This document shows, piece by piece, positions 37,180-49,358 of a stretch of 64,000 nt of DNA. Position 1 is the stretch's first letter, and each line of letters starts with the position of its first letter. Under the pieces are notes generated by a model, which was not told the origin of the DNA, ran no database searches, and saw only the letters and a list, made by a program, of their open reading frames with translations. The DNA comes from Mobula hypostoma (Eukaryota): the NCBI RefSeq assembly GCF_963921235.1, contig NC_086100.1, forward strand, positions 199,580,001 through 199,644,000, given 5' to 3'. Position numbers and translations under genes: made by a program.

Positions 37180-38030
37180 ATCAAATGCCAAGAAAACCTT
37201 TCTGCCTACACAATGTCCTTTATCCCCCCTTTCTCAGAACATTCACATGCCTGTCTATGAGTCTCCTGAACACCTCTTACATATCTGTCTCCACCACCAC
37301 AACCCCCAGTAGCACATTCCAGTCACCCACCACTCTCTGTAGAAAGCTTGCCCCTCACATCTTGTTAGAACTTTCCCCCTCTGGTATTTGACGTTTCAAC
37401 CTAGGAAAAAGATTCTCTCTGTCTACTCTATCTCTGTCTCTCATAATCTTACAAACCTCTATCAGATCTCTCCTCAGCCTCTGTTGCTGCAGAGAAAACA
37501 ACCCAAGTTTGCCCAACCTTTTGCTGTAGCACCTGCCCTCTAAACCAGGCAGCATCCTGGTAAATCTCTTCTGCACCCTCTCCAAAGGCTCGACATCCTT
37601 CCTCTAATGGGGCCCCCAGAACTGAATGCTGTACTCCAGACGCAGCCTAACTGGAGCTTTAGAAAGCTGCAACTTCCCGGGTCTTGAATTCATTTGCTTG
37701 ACGAGTAAAGACCAGCATGCCGTTTGCCTTCTTAAACACCCTGTCAATCTGTGTAGCCACTTTCAGGGAGGTATGAACTTGGACTCCAAGATGCCTCTGC
37801 TCATCAACACCAGTAAGGTTCCTGCCCTGAACAGGGTAATGTCCCTTTAAATTTGACTGACCAAGGTAGAACATTTCACATTTGTCCAGGTTAATCTCCA
37901 TCTGCCATTTCTCTGCCCATATCTCCAGCTGATCTATATCCCTTTGTATTCATTGCCAGTTCTCTATGCCATCCATAGCACCACCAATCTTCAAATCATC
38001 TGCAAACTTACTAAGCCAGCCATCTACATT
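37180..38030 (-). mobile_element. Degraded CR1 3' portion
   Basis: 'ERVQKRFTRMLPGLE' and 'KVATQIDRVFKKANGML'. Confidence 0.85.
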
Positions 38031-38215
38031 TTCACCCTGGTTACTGTATATTTAAGCGGATACACACATAAACACCTTCAGCCCACCCACCAGTGAAGAA
38101 AGAATATGTGGGAACGTAAGTCTGTCTAGGGCGGGAAGGAATGCTATGTACGATCAGCAGGGATCTGGAGATGACACACATGAATAGCTGGTCTGTTCCG
38201 GCTTGACGGCGATAT

Positions 38216-41200
38216 GACCAGAAGACACAGGAGCAGAATTAGGCCATTCAGCCCATCGAATCTGCTCCGCCATTCCATCATGGCTGATCCCGGATCCCAC
38301 TCCACCCCACACACCTGCCTTCTCGCCATATCATTTGATGCTCTGACCAATCAGGAAACAATCAATTTCCGCCTTAAAAATATACACACGGACTTGGCCT
38401 CCACTACAGTCTGTGGCAGAGTATTCTACAGTTTCATTACTCTCCAGCTAAAAAAATTCATCCTTACCTCTGTTCGAAAGGGTCACCCCTCAATTTTGAG
38501 GCTGTCCCCTCTAGTTCTGGATACCCCCACCACAGGAAACATCCTCTCCACATCCACCCTATCTCATCCTGTCAACGTTTAGTAGGTTTCAGTGAGATAC
38601 CCACACATTCTTCTAAATTCCAGGAAGTACAGGCCCAAAGCTACTCATATGTTAACCTCTTCATTCCCAGAGTCATCCTTGTGAACCTCCTCTGGACTCT
38701 CTCCAATGACAACACATCCTTTCTGAGTTATGGGGCCCAAAACTGTTGACAATACTGTACTCAAAGTGCAGTCTGACTAGTGTCTTATTAAGACTGAGCA
38801 TTATCTCCTTGCTCTTATATCCTATTCCGCTTGAAATAAATGCAAACATTGCATTGTGTTCTTTACCACAGACTCAACCTGTAAATTATCCTTCTTGCCA
38901 TATCGTTTGATACTCTGACCGATCAGGAAACAATCAAATTCCGCCGTAAATATAATCACAGACTTGGCCTCTGATATGGTGAGGTAGAGGAGGAGAAGAT
39001 GGCGGCGCGACACAGCACGCACGGCCGCTCTGGAATGATACCTGTATTTGTTAAGTAGGGTACCGTGCACAATCCTGATTTGATGGAGACAGATGTGAGA
39101 AGCACGGAGGAACATCTGGAGAAAATTCTGAAATGCCCGCTTTGCTGCCGCTGCTACTGTGCGATCGAGAATCTCCGGAGGGGAAGGCCCCAAATCCTCG
39201 GCTTTGCCTATAGCTTGGCGGCCGGGGCCGGGGTCGAAGCGCTCGGTAGAGATGATGCTCGGTTCTTGGTGTCGGAGGGCTGGTCGGAGGCTCGAAGTTT
39301 TCGGACAGACTCCAGAGTCGGCTGTGGTTGAGTGCTTCCAGGGTGCTGCATCGGCAAGTTTGCGGCACTGGAGGTTCATGGCAGGGAGAGTTTTTCTTCC
39401 TTCTACCGTCTGCGTGAGATGATGGGACTTTCGAGAGACTTTGAGACTTTTTTTTACCATGCCCATGGTCTGTTCTTTATCAAATTATGGTATTGCTTTG
39501 CACTGTTGTAACTATTTGTTATGATTATGTGGTTTTTGTCAGTTTTTCAGTCTTGGTCTGTCTTGTGTTTCTGTGATATCATAATGCAAGAATTTTGTAT
39601 CATTTCTTAATGCACGCATTACTAAATGACAATAAAAGAGGACTGTGTGTCCTCATAATCTAATCTAAAATATCTAAAACCTTCTGGGGGTATTACATGA
39701 GGACTCCTAAATCCCTCTGCACCTCTGATATTTGAACCCTCTCCCCATTCAGATAATAGTCCGCACTCTGTTCCTTTTACAAAAACACAATATCTTACAT
39801 TTCCCAACTCTGTATTCCAACTGCCACCTTTTTGCCCATTCTTCCAATTTGTCCAAGTCCTGCTGCAATCGCATTGCTTCCTAAACACTACCTACCCCTC
39901 CACGTATCTTCATATCCAGAAACCTTGCCACAAAGCCATCAATTCTATCATCTAAATCATTGACAAACAATGTGAAAAGTAGTGGTCCCAATACTGATCC
40001 CTGAGGAACACCACTAGTCACCAACAGCCAACCAGAAAAGACCTCTTTTATTCCCATTTGCTTCCTCCTGCCTGTCAGCCATTCCGCTATCCATGCCAGT
40101 ATATTTCTTGATTTTATCTTGTTAAGCAGCCTCATGTGTGGTACCTCATCAAACACCTTCTGAAAATCCAAGTTAATGACATCCACTGCCTCTCCTTTGT
40201 CCACACTGCTTGTTACTTCCTCAAAGAACACGACAGATTTGTCTTGACAGAAACCATGATAACTTTGACTTATTTTATCATTAGCCTCCAAGTACCTCGA
40301 AACTTCATTGTTAATAATAGACTCCAACACTTTCCCAACCATTGAGGTTGTGCTAACTGGCCAATAACTTCCCTTCTTTTGCCTTCCTCCCTTCTTAAAG
40401 AGTGGAGTGACATTTGCAATCTTCTCGTCCTCCGGGACTATGCCAGAATCAAGTGATTCTTGAAAGATCGTGACCAATGCATCCGTTATCTCTTCAGCAA
40501 CCTCTGTCAGGACTGTGGGATGTAGTCCATCAGGCCCAGGTGACTTATCCACCTTAAGATCTTTGAGTTTGTCTAGCACTTTTTCCTTTGAAATAGCGAT
40601 ACAGGTACATGAGAAATATGTTACTCCCTCTCAAATTGCTGTATGAATTCAATCATATGATGATTACTGCCTCCTCAGGGTTCCTTTACATTAAGCTCCC
40701 TTATAAGATCTGGGTTAATAGAGAACACCCAATCTAAGATAGCCTTTCCCCAAGTAGACTCAAGCACAAACTGCTCTAAAAACTATCTCATAGGCATTCA
40801 ACAAATTCCCTCTCTTGCGATCTGACACCAAGCAGGTTCCCCAATCCCCTTGCCTTTTGAAGTCCCCCATTACAATTGTGTTTGCAATCACAACCTCACA
40901 TCTTGGCTACTGTTTGGAGGCCTATATATATATATATGAGTGCCAATATGGTTTTTCATCCTTGCAGCTTCTTAACTCTACCCACGAAGATTCAACATTC
41001 TCAGACCCTATGTTCCCTCATTTTAAAGCTGTAATTCCATCTCTTACCAACGGATCTACACCACCACCAATGCCTTCCTGCCTGTTGTTTTGATCCAAAG
41101 TATACCCTTTGATGTTAAGCTCTCAACTACGGCCTTCTTTCAGCCACGACTCAGTGATGCCGACAATGTCATACCAGCCAGTCTCTCATTGCACCACAAG

Positions 41201-41810
41201 TTTGTCCACCTTATTCCGAATGCTAAGCACATTTAAATACAGCACCTTCAGTCCTGCAATCTTCGCCCTTTTGAATTTTGCCTCTGTGATACAATTTAAC
41301 TCTTTGCTCTGTCTGCATTTGTACCCAATCACTGGCTTGTCCTTCCTTTCGTTCATGTTACATCCATCATCTACTTGTAAACCTGCAGGCTCATCCTCAA
41401 CTCAATCATACTGGTTCATATCCCCCACCATATTAGTTTAAACTACTCCCAATGGCTCTAACAAACCTACTCGCAAGAATATTTGTTCCCCTCGGGTTCA
41501 AATGCACCCCCACTTTTTGTACGGGTCCCACCTGCCCAAGAAGAGGTCCCAATTATCCAAAAATCTGAATCCCTGCCCCCTTCTCCAATTCTTCAGCCAC
41601 ACATTTATCCATCACTTCATTCTATTCCTACACTCACTGCTGCATAGCACAGGCAGCAGTCCTGAGATTACTACCCTTGAGGTCCTGCTTCTCAGCTTCC
41701 TTCCTAACTTCCTGAATTCTGTTTTCAGGACGTCCTCCCTTTTTCTACCTATGTCGTTGGTACCAATATGTACCCTGACTTCTGGTCGCTCACCCTCCCT
41801 TTTTAGGCTA
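38216..41810 (-). mobile_element. Old near-full-length CR1 with deletions and insertions
   Basis: RT 'KSPGPDGLHP...[13 protein letters not shown]' (ORF 39881-40579) and ORF1 'VHIGTNDIGRK' (ORF 41612-41986). Confidence 0.8.
38980..39668 (+). mobile_element. Non-autonomous retroelement, ~690 bp, with (aatct)n tail
   Basis: Starts with CpG-rich 'gaagatggcggcgcg' and ends aataaa...ataatctaatctaa. It interrupts a minus-strand CR1. No TSD was resolved. Confidence 0.55.
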
Positions 41811-41871
41811 TTGTGGGCGCGTCCATAAATGCCCATAAATCCCGAAGAACCCTGTGCTCCACCCACGTACT

Positions 41872-41995
41872 GGCCAATTAACCCACCAATCCTGTGTGCT
41901 GTTGGGATGTGGCAGAAAACCAGAGCACCCGTGGAAACGCACGCAGTCACACGGAGAACGTGAAAACTCCACACAGACAGTGGCAAGGCTTGGTG
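41872..41995 (-). mobile_element. V-SINE-like central domain
   Basis: Minus strand reads 'tgtgtggagttttcacgttctccgtgtgactgcgtgcgtttccacgggtgctctggttttctgccaca'. Confidence 0.65.
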
Positions 41996-42207
41996 TCAAA
42001 GTCAGGTCTCTGCCTTTTCCAGCTTCCCCATTGGTCACATTGTGGCCCTGAGCGAAGAGCAGGGCCCCCACCCGGGGGCAAGGTGAGGTGTTGAGCACAT
42101 GTTGGAAGGAGGATGCCGATGTTCTGGGCTGTATGACCCACTCAGTGGAAGGGGAGGGGCGGGTGGTCGGAGGAACAGGGATTGTGTCCTGACTTGGACA
42201 GGCGTAC

Positions 42208-42238
42208 CTGATCAAAACTACTCCATCTTCAGCCTCAC
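42208..42238 (-). CDS. Candidate ApoL upstream exon (31 bp, phase 1 to 2)
   Basis: Acceptor tctctcctttgttccacag and donor cag|gtacgc. It encodes EAEDGVVLI in frame with the acceptor at 37091. Confidence 0.55.
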
Positions 42239-42344
42239 CTGTGGAACAAAGGAGAGACACTTCAACATGAGCTCAGTTCCCAGACTCGAGTCCACACCCT
42301 TCACCTGTCCTACCACCAACTACCCCTCAGGTCACACCTGATCC

Positions 42345-43000
42345 CTCAACACCACAACTTTAGTCAAGAAAGCACAGCAGGGTCTGTACTACGTGAGGAG
42401 ACCGAGGTGAGTGGGTATAGGACCCCCACTACTTCCATTCTAACCAATTTTTACAGGAGCACCATTGCTAGTGTCGCGGCCAGCTACATCGCTGGTACGG
42501 GAATTGCAGGCCATCTGACCCCAAGTCCCTACAAAGGATTGTGAGGACAGCTGAGAGGATCATTGGGGTCTCTCTTCCACCATCTGAGATATTTATCAGG
42601 AGCTCTGTGTATGCAGGACCCTTAGCATTGTCAATAACCCCTCCCATCCCTCCAACAATCTCTTCCCCCCTCAACCATCAGGCAGGAGGTTCTGTAGCAT
42701 TAGGACAAGGACTGTCAGGATGGGAAACAGCTTCCCCCAGACTGTGAGACTGCTGAATTCCCTGTCACCACACAGGTGTCACAACATTTGCAGTGCCAAT
42801 AGTGTTATATTGTTTACTTTTTAACTTGTAGTGTATATACACGGTACTATTTGTTAATTTATTTATGGTACTATTACTCTATGTGTTGTGTGTGAGTTAT
42901 ACGTCCTGCGTTGTCGCCTTTGGTCCAGAGGAACGCTGACTCGTTTGGCGGTGTACATATGTACAGTTGAATGACAATAAACTGAACTTGAACTTGAGGT
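42345..43000 (+). mobile_element. Rex1-like LINE 3' fragment
   Basis: 'VKKAQQGLYY...FYRSTI...LQRIVRTAERIIG', ending aataaactgaacttgaacttga. Confidence 0.75.
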
Positions 43001-43249
43001 CATGGGATCCTGAGGTTAGGAGCTGTTTCTGAACAATTTGTGGAATTTATTGCCGCTGGCAGCTGTGGACTCCAGGTCTTTGGGTATATTTGAGGCAGAG
43101 CTTGATGGGTTCTTGACTGGACACGGTGTCAATAGTTACAGGGAAAAGGCCAGGGAGTGGGGCTGAGGAGGGAAACATGGATCAACTATGATTGAATTTT
43201 GACTTGATGGCCCAATTAGCCTAATACTGCTCCTGTGTCTTATGGTTTA

Positions 43250-44083
43250 GTCTGATGGCCAAAATGCTCAATTTTGGTTTCGTTGGACCACAGAATCTCT
43301 AGCAAACTCTAGCTGAGATTTCGTGTGAGTTTTTTCTATAGTGGCTTTCCCTTTACCGCTCTCCCATAAAACTGCGTCTCGTGATGCCCCTGGGCAGTCT
43401 CTCCCATCTCAGCCACCGCAGCTTGTAACTCCTCCCCAGTTGTCACAGGTCTCTTGGTGGCCTCCCTCACTAGTCCCCTTCTTGCACGGTCACTCAGTTT
43501 TTGAGGATGCCTGCTCGAGGAAGATTAACAGCTGTGCCATATTCTTTCTATTTCTTGATGATTGACTTAACTATACTCCAAGGGATATTCAGAGACTGGG
43601 AAGTCTTTTTGTATCCATGTCCTGACTTGTGCTTTTCAATAACTTTTCTGTGGAGTTGCTTGAAGTGTTCTTTTGTCTTCATGGTGTAGTTTTTGCCAGG
43701 ATACTGACTCCCAGCAGTTGCACCTTCCAGATATAGGTGTAGTTTTACTACAATCAATTGAAACACCTCGATTGTACACAGGTCTCCAAAAACAAATCTC
43801 CATTTAGCTAATTATGTGACTTCTAAAACCAATTGGCTGCACCAGTGATGATTTGGTATGTCATGTAAAGGGGGTGAATACTTATGCAATCAATTATTTT
43901 GTGTTTTATATTTGTAATTAACTTAGATCACCTTGTCGAGATCTGTTTTCACTTTGACACGAAAGTCTCTTTCTGTTGATCAATGTCAAAAAGCCTATTT
44001 AAATCCATTGTCATTCAATGTTGTAAAACAATAAAACATGAAAACTTCTGGGGGGGGTGGGGTGAATATTTTTATAGGTACTG
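43250..44083 (-). mobile_element. Tc1-family DNA transposon, 5' part with internal deletion
   Basis: The ITR starts cagtacctataaaaatattcacc and is flanked by TA at 44084-44085. Transposase 'MKTKEHFKQLHRKVIEKHKSGHGYKK' starts at 43682, and 'LWSNETKIEHFG' lies near 43255-43292. Confidence 0.85.
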
Positions 44084-44589
44084 TAAATGCTGGGATGGAG
44101 ATTAGTGTGGAGGGATGAATGGAAAAGGGAGCGATCCCTGCAGAGAGTGGAGAGAGAGAGACGGTGGGAGGGAGGTAAAGATATGTTTAATGGGAGGATC
44201 CCTTTGGAGGTGGCGGAAGTTATGGCGGATGCATTGGATGTGGAGGCTTGGGGGATGGTAGGTAATGACAAGAGGATTTCTGTCATTCTTGTTATTGTCC
44301 ATAAAGATGACAATGTCATCTACACAAGTCCACGTGTGCACAGCTCTAATGAAACATTCATGGCAGTATCACAAGCACAGAGCAGCAGATAAACAGCATT
44401 CACACAAAAAGCATATCAGTTCAATGTGAAAGAATACAAGTCGTATGACAGTGTTTAAGAGAATCTTTTCACTACAGCTTGGTACATCAGACAATAACAA
44501 AACAATTACGATTGCAAAATTAGAACACAATATCAGAAAGCTCATCTGACTAAGAGGATAGAACTGTCCCATCAGACTGAAAGCCTGCA

Positions 44590-44925
44590 TCCAACTCCAT
44601 GTCCAAGTTCAGAGTGGCCACACGAGTACAGTCCATATGGTGGCAAAGGGAAGGCATCACAGCCTGGTACGGCAACTGCTCTTCCCGAGAAGGCAAGGGA
44701 CAGCAGAGAGTTGTGGACACAGCTCAGTATGTCACGGGGACCAGTCTCCCCTCCATCGACTCTGTCTATGCTTCTCGCTGCCGCAGTCAAGTGGACAGCG
44801 TAATTCAAGACCCCACGCCCCCTGGACATTCTCTCTTCGCCTCCCTCCTATTAGAGCCTGAAAGCACGTACTGTTCCACCAGGCTCGAGGACAGCTCCTA
44901 CCCTGCTGCATAAGACCATTGAATG
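44590..44925 (+). mobile_element. Rex1-like LINE 3' fragment
   Basis: 'ITAWYGNC...QRVVDTAQYVTG...HSLFASL' (ORF 44599-44913). Confidence 0.7.
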
Positions 44926-44959
44926 ACTCCCTAGTACAGTGAGATGTGTTTCTTTATTG

Positions 44960-45150
44960 AGATAGTCCCTTCAGCCCATCGAGCCACACTGCCCAGTAAT
45001 CTCTGCCTGATCACTGGACAATTTACAATGACCAATGAACCTAGGGAGCACGATGTCTTTGGACTGTGGGAGGAAATTGGAGCGCCCGGAGGAAACCCAC
45101 AGGGTCACGGGGAGAACATACAAACTCCTTACACACAGTGGCATGAATGG
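44960..45150 (-). mobile_element. V-SINE-like SINE
   Basis: Minus strand reads 'ggagtttgtatgttctccccgtgaccctgtgggtttcctccgggcgctccaatttcctcccacagtccaaagac'. Confidence 0.7.
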
Positions 45151-46154
45151 AAACATTGACTATTTACTCTGTTCTATAGATGCTGCCTGGTCTGCTGAGT
45201 TCCTTTAGCATTTTGTGTGTTGCTTGGAGTATTGTGTTCAGTTCTCGTCACCTCATGATGGGAGGATGTAGAAGCTTCAGAGAGGGTGCTGAGGAGATTT
45301 ACCAGGATGCTGCCTGGACCAGAGAGCGTGCCTTATCAGGAAAGGTTGAGTGAGCTAGGGCTTTCCTCTTTGGAGCGACGGAGGATGAGATATGACTTGA
45401 TAGAGGTGCATAAGATTACAAGAAGCATAGACAAGAGTCAGGAACAGGGGAGATTTTCTCAGGGCTGCAATGGCTAACACCAGAAGACATCCATTCAAGC
45501 TGAGTAAAGGAATCTTCAGAGGAGATGTCAGAGGTAGATTATTTCCAGAGAATGCCTGATTGTGGTAGAGGTTGATAGAATAGGAACATCTAAGAGACTC
45601 TTAGATAGTCACAGCCTCAAAACTGAGGGGCAGCCTTTTACAGCAGGGGTAAGGAGGATTTTTTTAGCCAGAGCGTAGTGAATCTGTGGAACGCTCTGCC
45701 ACAAACTGTGGTGCAGCCAAGTACATGAGTATATTTAAGGCAGAAATTTATGGTTTCCTAATCGGTCGGGGCATCAAAGGATATGGCAAGAAGGCATATG
45801 GTGTATGGGGTTGAGTGGGATCTGGGATCAGCCATGATGGAATGGCAGAGCAGACTCAATGGGCTGAATGGCCTAATTCTGTTCCTATGTCTCATAAGAC
45901 CATAAGACAAAGGAGCAGAAGTAGGCCATTCGGCCCATCGAGTCTGCTCCGCCATTTTATCATGAGCTGATCCATTTCATCCTATTTAGTCCCACTGCCC
46001 CGCCTTCTCACCATAACCTTTGATGCCCTGGCTACTCAGATATCTATCAATCTCTGCCTTAAATAAACCCAATGACTTGGCCTCCACTGCTGCCTCTGGC
46101 AACAAATTCCATAGATTCACCACCCTCTGATTAAAAAAATTTCTTCGCATTTCT

Positions 46155-46810
46155 TGTTATGTAACCCTGGCGTTCATTGTCCGTCTGAGAGAAAACTGCC
46201 GCGAGTGAAGCTGTTTTCTAAATCTCGATCGCTCTCTAAATTAAAGGGGTAGCTCTTTTTACACTCAGCTCTGATGCTTATTATCGAACTGAGAGAAAAT
46301 TGCATCGAAGCGCTGTTTACAAAATCTTGAACGCAGACATGACAGAAAGGTAACTCTTTCATTATGCACTCCATCTTGCTGATTGGTCGTTCCGCAAATC
46401 AGAGAATCTGCCACGAAATTATTGCCTCGATAGCCCTCCTGAATAAAAGGTATCTATTTTTTTACACTCAGCCCTGATGTTTATTGTTCCACTGAAAGAA
46501 AACTGCCGCGAAGCTCTGCTTTCTCATCTCGATCGCCCTCCTGAATAACAGGTATCTCTTTTCACTCAGGTTGAAGTCGATTCTCCGACTGAGGAAACTG
46601 CCGTGAAGCTCTGCTTTTGAAGTCTGGGAGCGGACCTGAGTGAAAGCAGCTCTTTTGTACACACTGCCTCTTGCTGATCGGTCACTCCTGAACCAGAGAA
46701 ATGTCCGTGAAACTCCCGCCTTCTACATCTCCATCGCCTCCTGATTAAAAGGGAGCGATTTTTACACACCATACGACGTTGTTTGTCTAACTAAGAGAAA
46801 ACTGTCGCGA
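46155..46810. repeat. Diverged tandem array, ~101-bp period, ~6.5 units
   Basis: A gaaaactgccg-like anchor recurs near 46191, 46296, 46498, 46593, 46698 and 46797, with recurring 'tctcgatcgccctcctgaataaaagg...ttttacactcag'. Confidence 0.7.
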
Positions 46811-47712
46811 AGATTGGAGGTGTAATAGACAGTGAGGAAGGTTTTCAAAGCTTGCAGAGGGACTTGGGCCAGCTGGAAAAATGGGCTGAAAAATGGCAGA
46901 TGGAGTTTAATACAGACAAGTGTGAGGTATTGCACGTTGGAAGGACAAACCAAGGTAGAACATACAGGGTTAATGGTAAGGCACTGAGGAGGGCAGTAGA
47001 ACAGAGGGATTTGGGAATACAGATACAAAATTCCCTAAAAGTGGCGTAATAGGGTCGTATAGAGAGCTTTTGGTACATTGGCCTTTATTAATCAAAGTAT
47101 TGAGTATAAGAGCTGGAATGTTATGATGAGGTTGTATAAGGCATTGGTGAGGCCGAATCTGGAGATTTGTGTTCAGTTTTGGTCACCAAATTACAGGAAG
47201 GATATAAATAAGGTTGAAAGAGTGCAGAGAAGGTTTACAAGGATGTTGCCGGGACTTGAGAAACTCAGTTACAGAGAAAGGTTGAATAGGTTAGGACTTT
47301 ATTCCCTGGAGCGTAGAAGAATGAGGGGAGATTTGATAGAGGTATATAAAATTATGATGGGTATAGATAGAGTGAATGCAAGCAGGCTTTTTCCACTGAG
47401 GCAAGGGGAGAAAAAAACTAGAGGACATGGGTTAAGGGTGAGGGGGGAAAAGTTTAAAGGGAATATTAGGGGGGGCTTCTTCACACAGAGACTGATGGGA
47501 GTATGGAATGAGCTGCCAGACGAGGTGGTAAATGCGGGTTCTTTTTAACATTTAAGAATAAATTGGACAGATACATGGATGGGAGGTGTATGGAGGGATA
47601 TGGTCCATGTGCAGGTCAGTGGGACTAGGCAGAAAATGGTTCGGCATAGCCAAGAAAGGCCAAAAGGCCTGTTTCTGTGCTGTAGTTTCTATGATTTCAA
47701 TGATTTCTATGA
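46808..47712 (+). mobile_element. CR1 LINE 3' portion
   Basis: ORFs 46852-47049 and 47078-47548, plus a (tttctatga) tail. Confidence 0.9.
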
Positions 47713-47999
47713 TAATGTCAGAGGTGGGGGTGGGCAGCTCAGGCGTGACAATCTCACACTGCCTGATCTCTTCCTCTCTAACTGTGACCCAACACAATCT
47801 GACCCTCTGGACGTAGTGTTCCCTATCTGAACACTGGTCACCAGCCGTGACCGAGCTGAGGACAAATCTCTCTTCCCTCTCACACAAAGAAAGTGCCCCT
47901 TTTAATAACCTTTAAGGCCCTTTCAAAGCAGAACATGATTATCACCACATTACTTTTCCAGTCCCTCAGTGGTACCAACTGCACCTCCTTATCACTTAC

Positions 48000-48046
48000 A
48001 GTCTTCAAGTGAGTTACAATAATTGAGGGAAATGGAGAGAACAGGC
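48000..48046 (-). CDS. Candidate ApoL upstream exon (47 bp, phase 2 to 1)
   Basis: Acceptor tgtttccctccttacag and donor ct|gtaagt. It encodes PVLSISLNYCNSLED in frame with the neighbouring candidate exons. Confidence 0.45.
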
Positions 48047-49358
48047 CTGTAAGGAGGGAAACATTATTCATCATCTCATCTCGGAGATGTGCACTCATGC
48101 ACATCTCCAGCTCATTCTAACATTCCAAACCAACATCGTTTCATCATCGATCTTCCATTTTGTTCTGACAGATAACATGGAAGAATCACAATTGAATCTT
48201 TCCTTACACATGTGAGTTATGGGGAATTTGGGCAAACTTGGTCTGTTTTCTCTGAAGTGTTGCAGGCTGAGAGGAGATCTGATAGACATTTATAAAATTG
48301 AGAGGCATAGCTGGACAGACAGTGAGAATCAAATTCCCAGGGTAGAAATATTCTTTACTAAAATATGTTCGTTTAAAATGAGGGAGTAAAATTTAAAGAA
48401 GCTTGATGACCATGAAGGAATTAAAACACAGAAGAAAGCAGTTAACCCAAATGAATGGAAATAGGCAACCCAATTGTCTTTGTTCTTGCCATGCAATTGA
48501 AGGAATAGAGGCTGCCATTTTGTGAAGCTGCTCTGTGACCTCCATTCTGTGAGATGTTTTGTGAACTGGTTTTGCTCAGGAATAGTTCTATCATTGTGTT
48601 TGAAGACCATAAGACATAGGAGCAGGATTAGGCCATTCGACTCATCTAGTCTGCTCCATCATTCCATCATGTCTGATTTATTATCCCTCTCAACCCTGTT
48701 CTCCTGCCTTCTCCCATAACCTCTGATACCTTGACTAATTAAGAACCTATTAAACTCTGCCTTAAATATACCCAACAACCTGGTCTGCACAGCCGTCTCT
48801 GGCAATGAATTCCACAGATTCACTACCCTCTGGCTAATTTTTTTCATATCTCATGTTCTAAATGAACGCCCCTCAATTCTGAGGCTGCACCCTCTGATCC
48901 TAAACTTCCCAACTATAGGAAACATCCTTTCCATATGCACTCCATCAAACCTTTCAATATTTGAGATCCCCCCTCATTCTTCTAAACTACAGCGAGTACA
49001 AGCCAGAGCCATCAAATACTCTTCATGTGTTAACCCTTTCTTCTGGGATCATTCTTGTGAACCTTCTCTGGACTCTCTCCATTGCCAGCACATCTATTCT
49101 CAGATAAGACGATAAGATACAGAGATAAGGAGTCATGGAGAAGTACAGCACAGAAAAAGGACCTTCAGCCCATCTAGTTCATGCTGTAACCCATTTGAAC
49201 TGTGTACTCCCAAAGACCTGCACTGGGACCATAGCCCTCCATATCCCCACCATCCCTTCTTCTCTGAAATGTTGAAATCAAACGCACATGGACCACTTGC
49301 ACTGGCAGCTCATTCCATACTCTCACAACCCTATGTGTGAGGAAGTTTCCCCTCACGT

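Noticed and set aside
46155..46810. CRISPR-like periodicity
   Set aside because: Whole units are homologous with no unique spacers, there are no cas genes, and the context is vertebrate.
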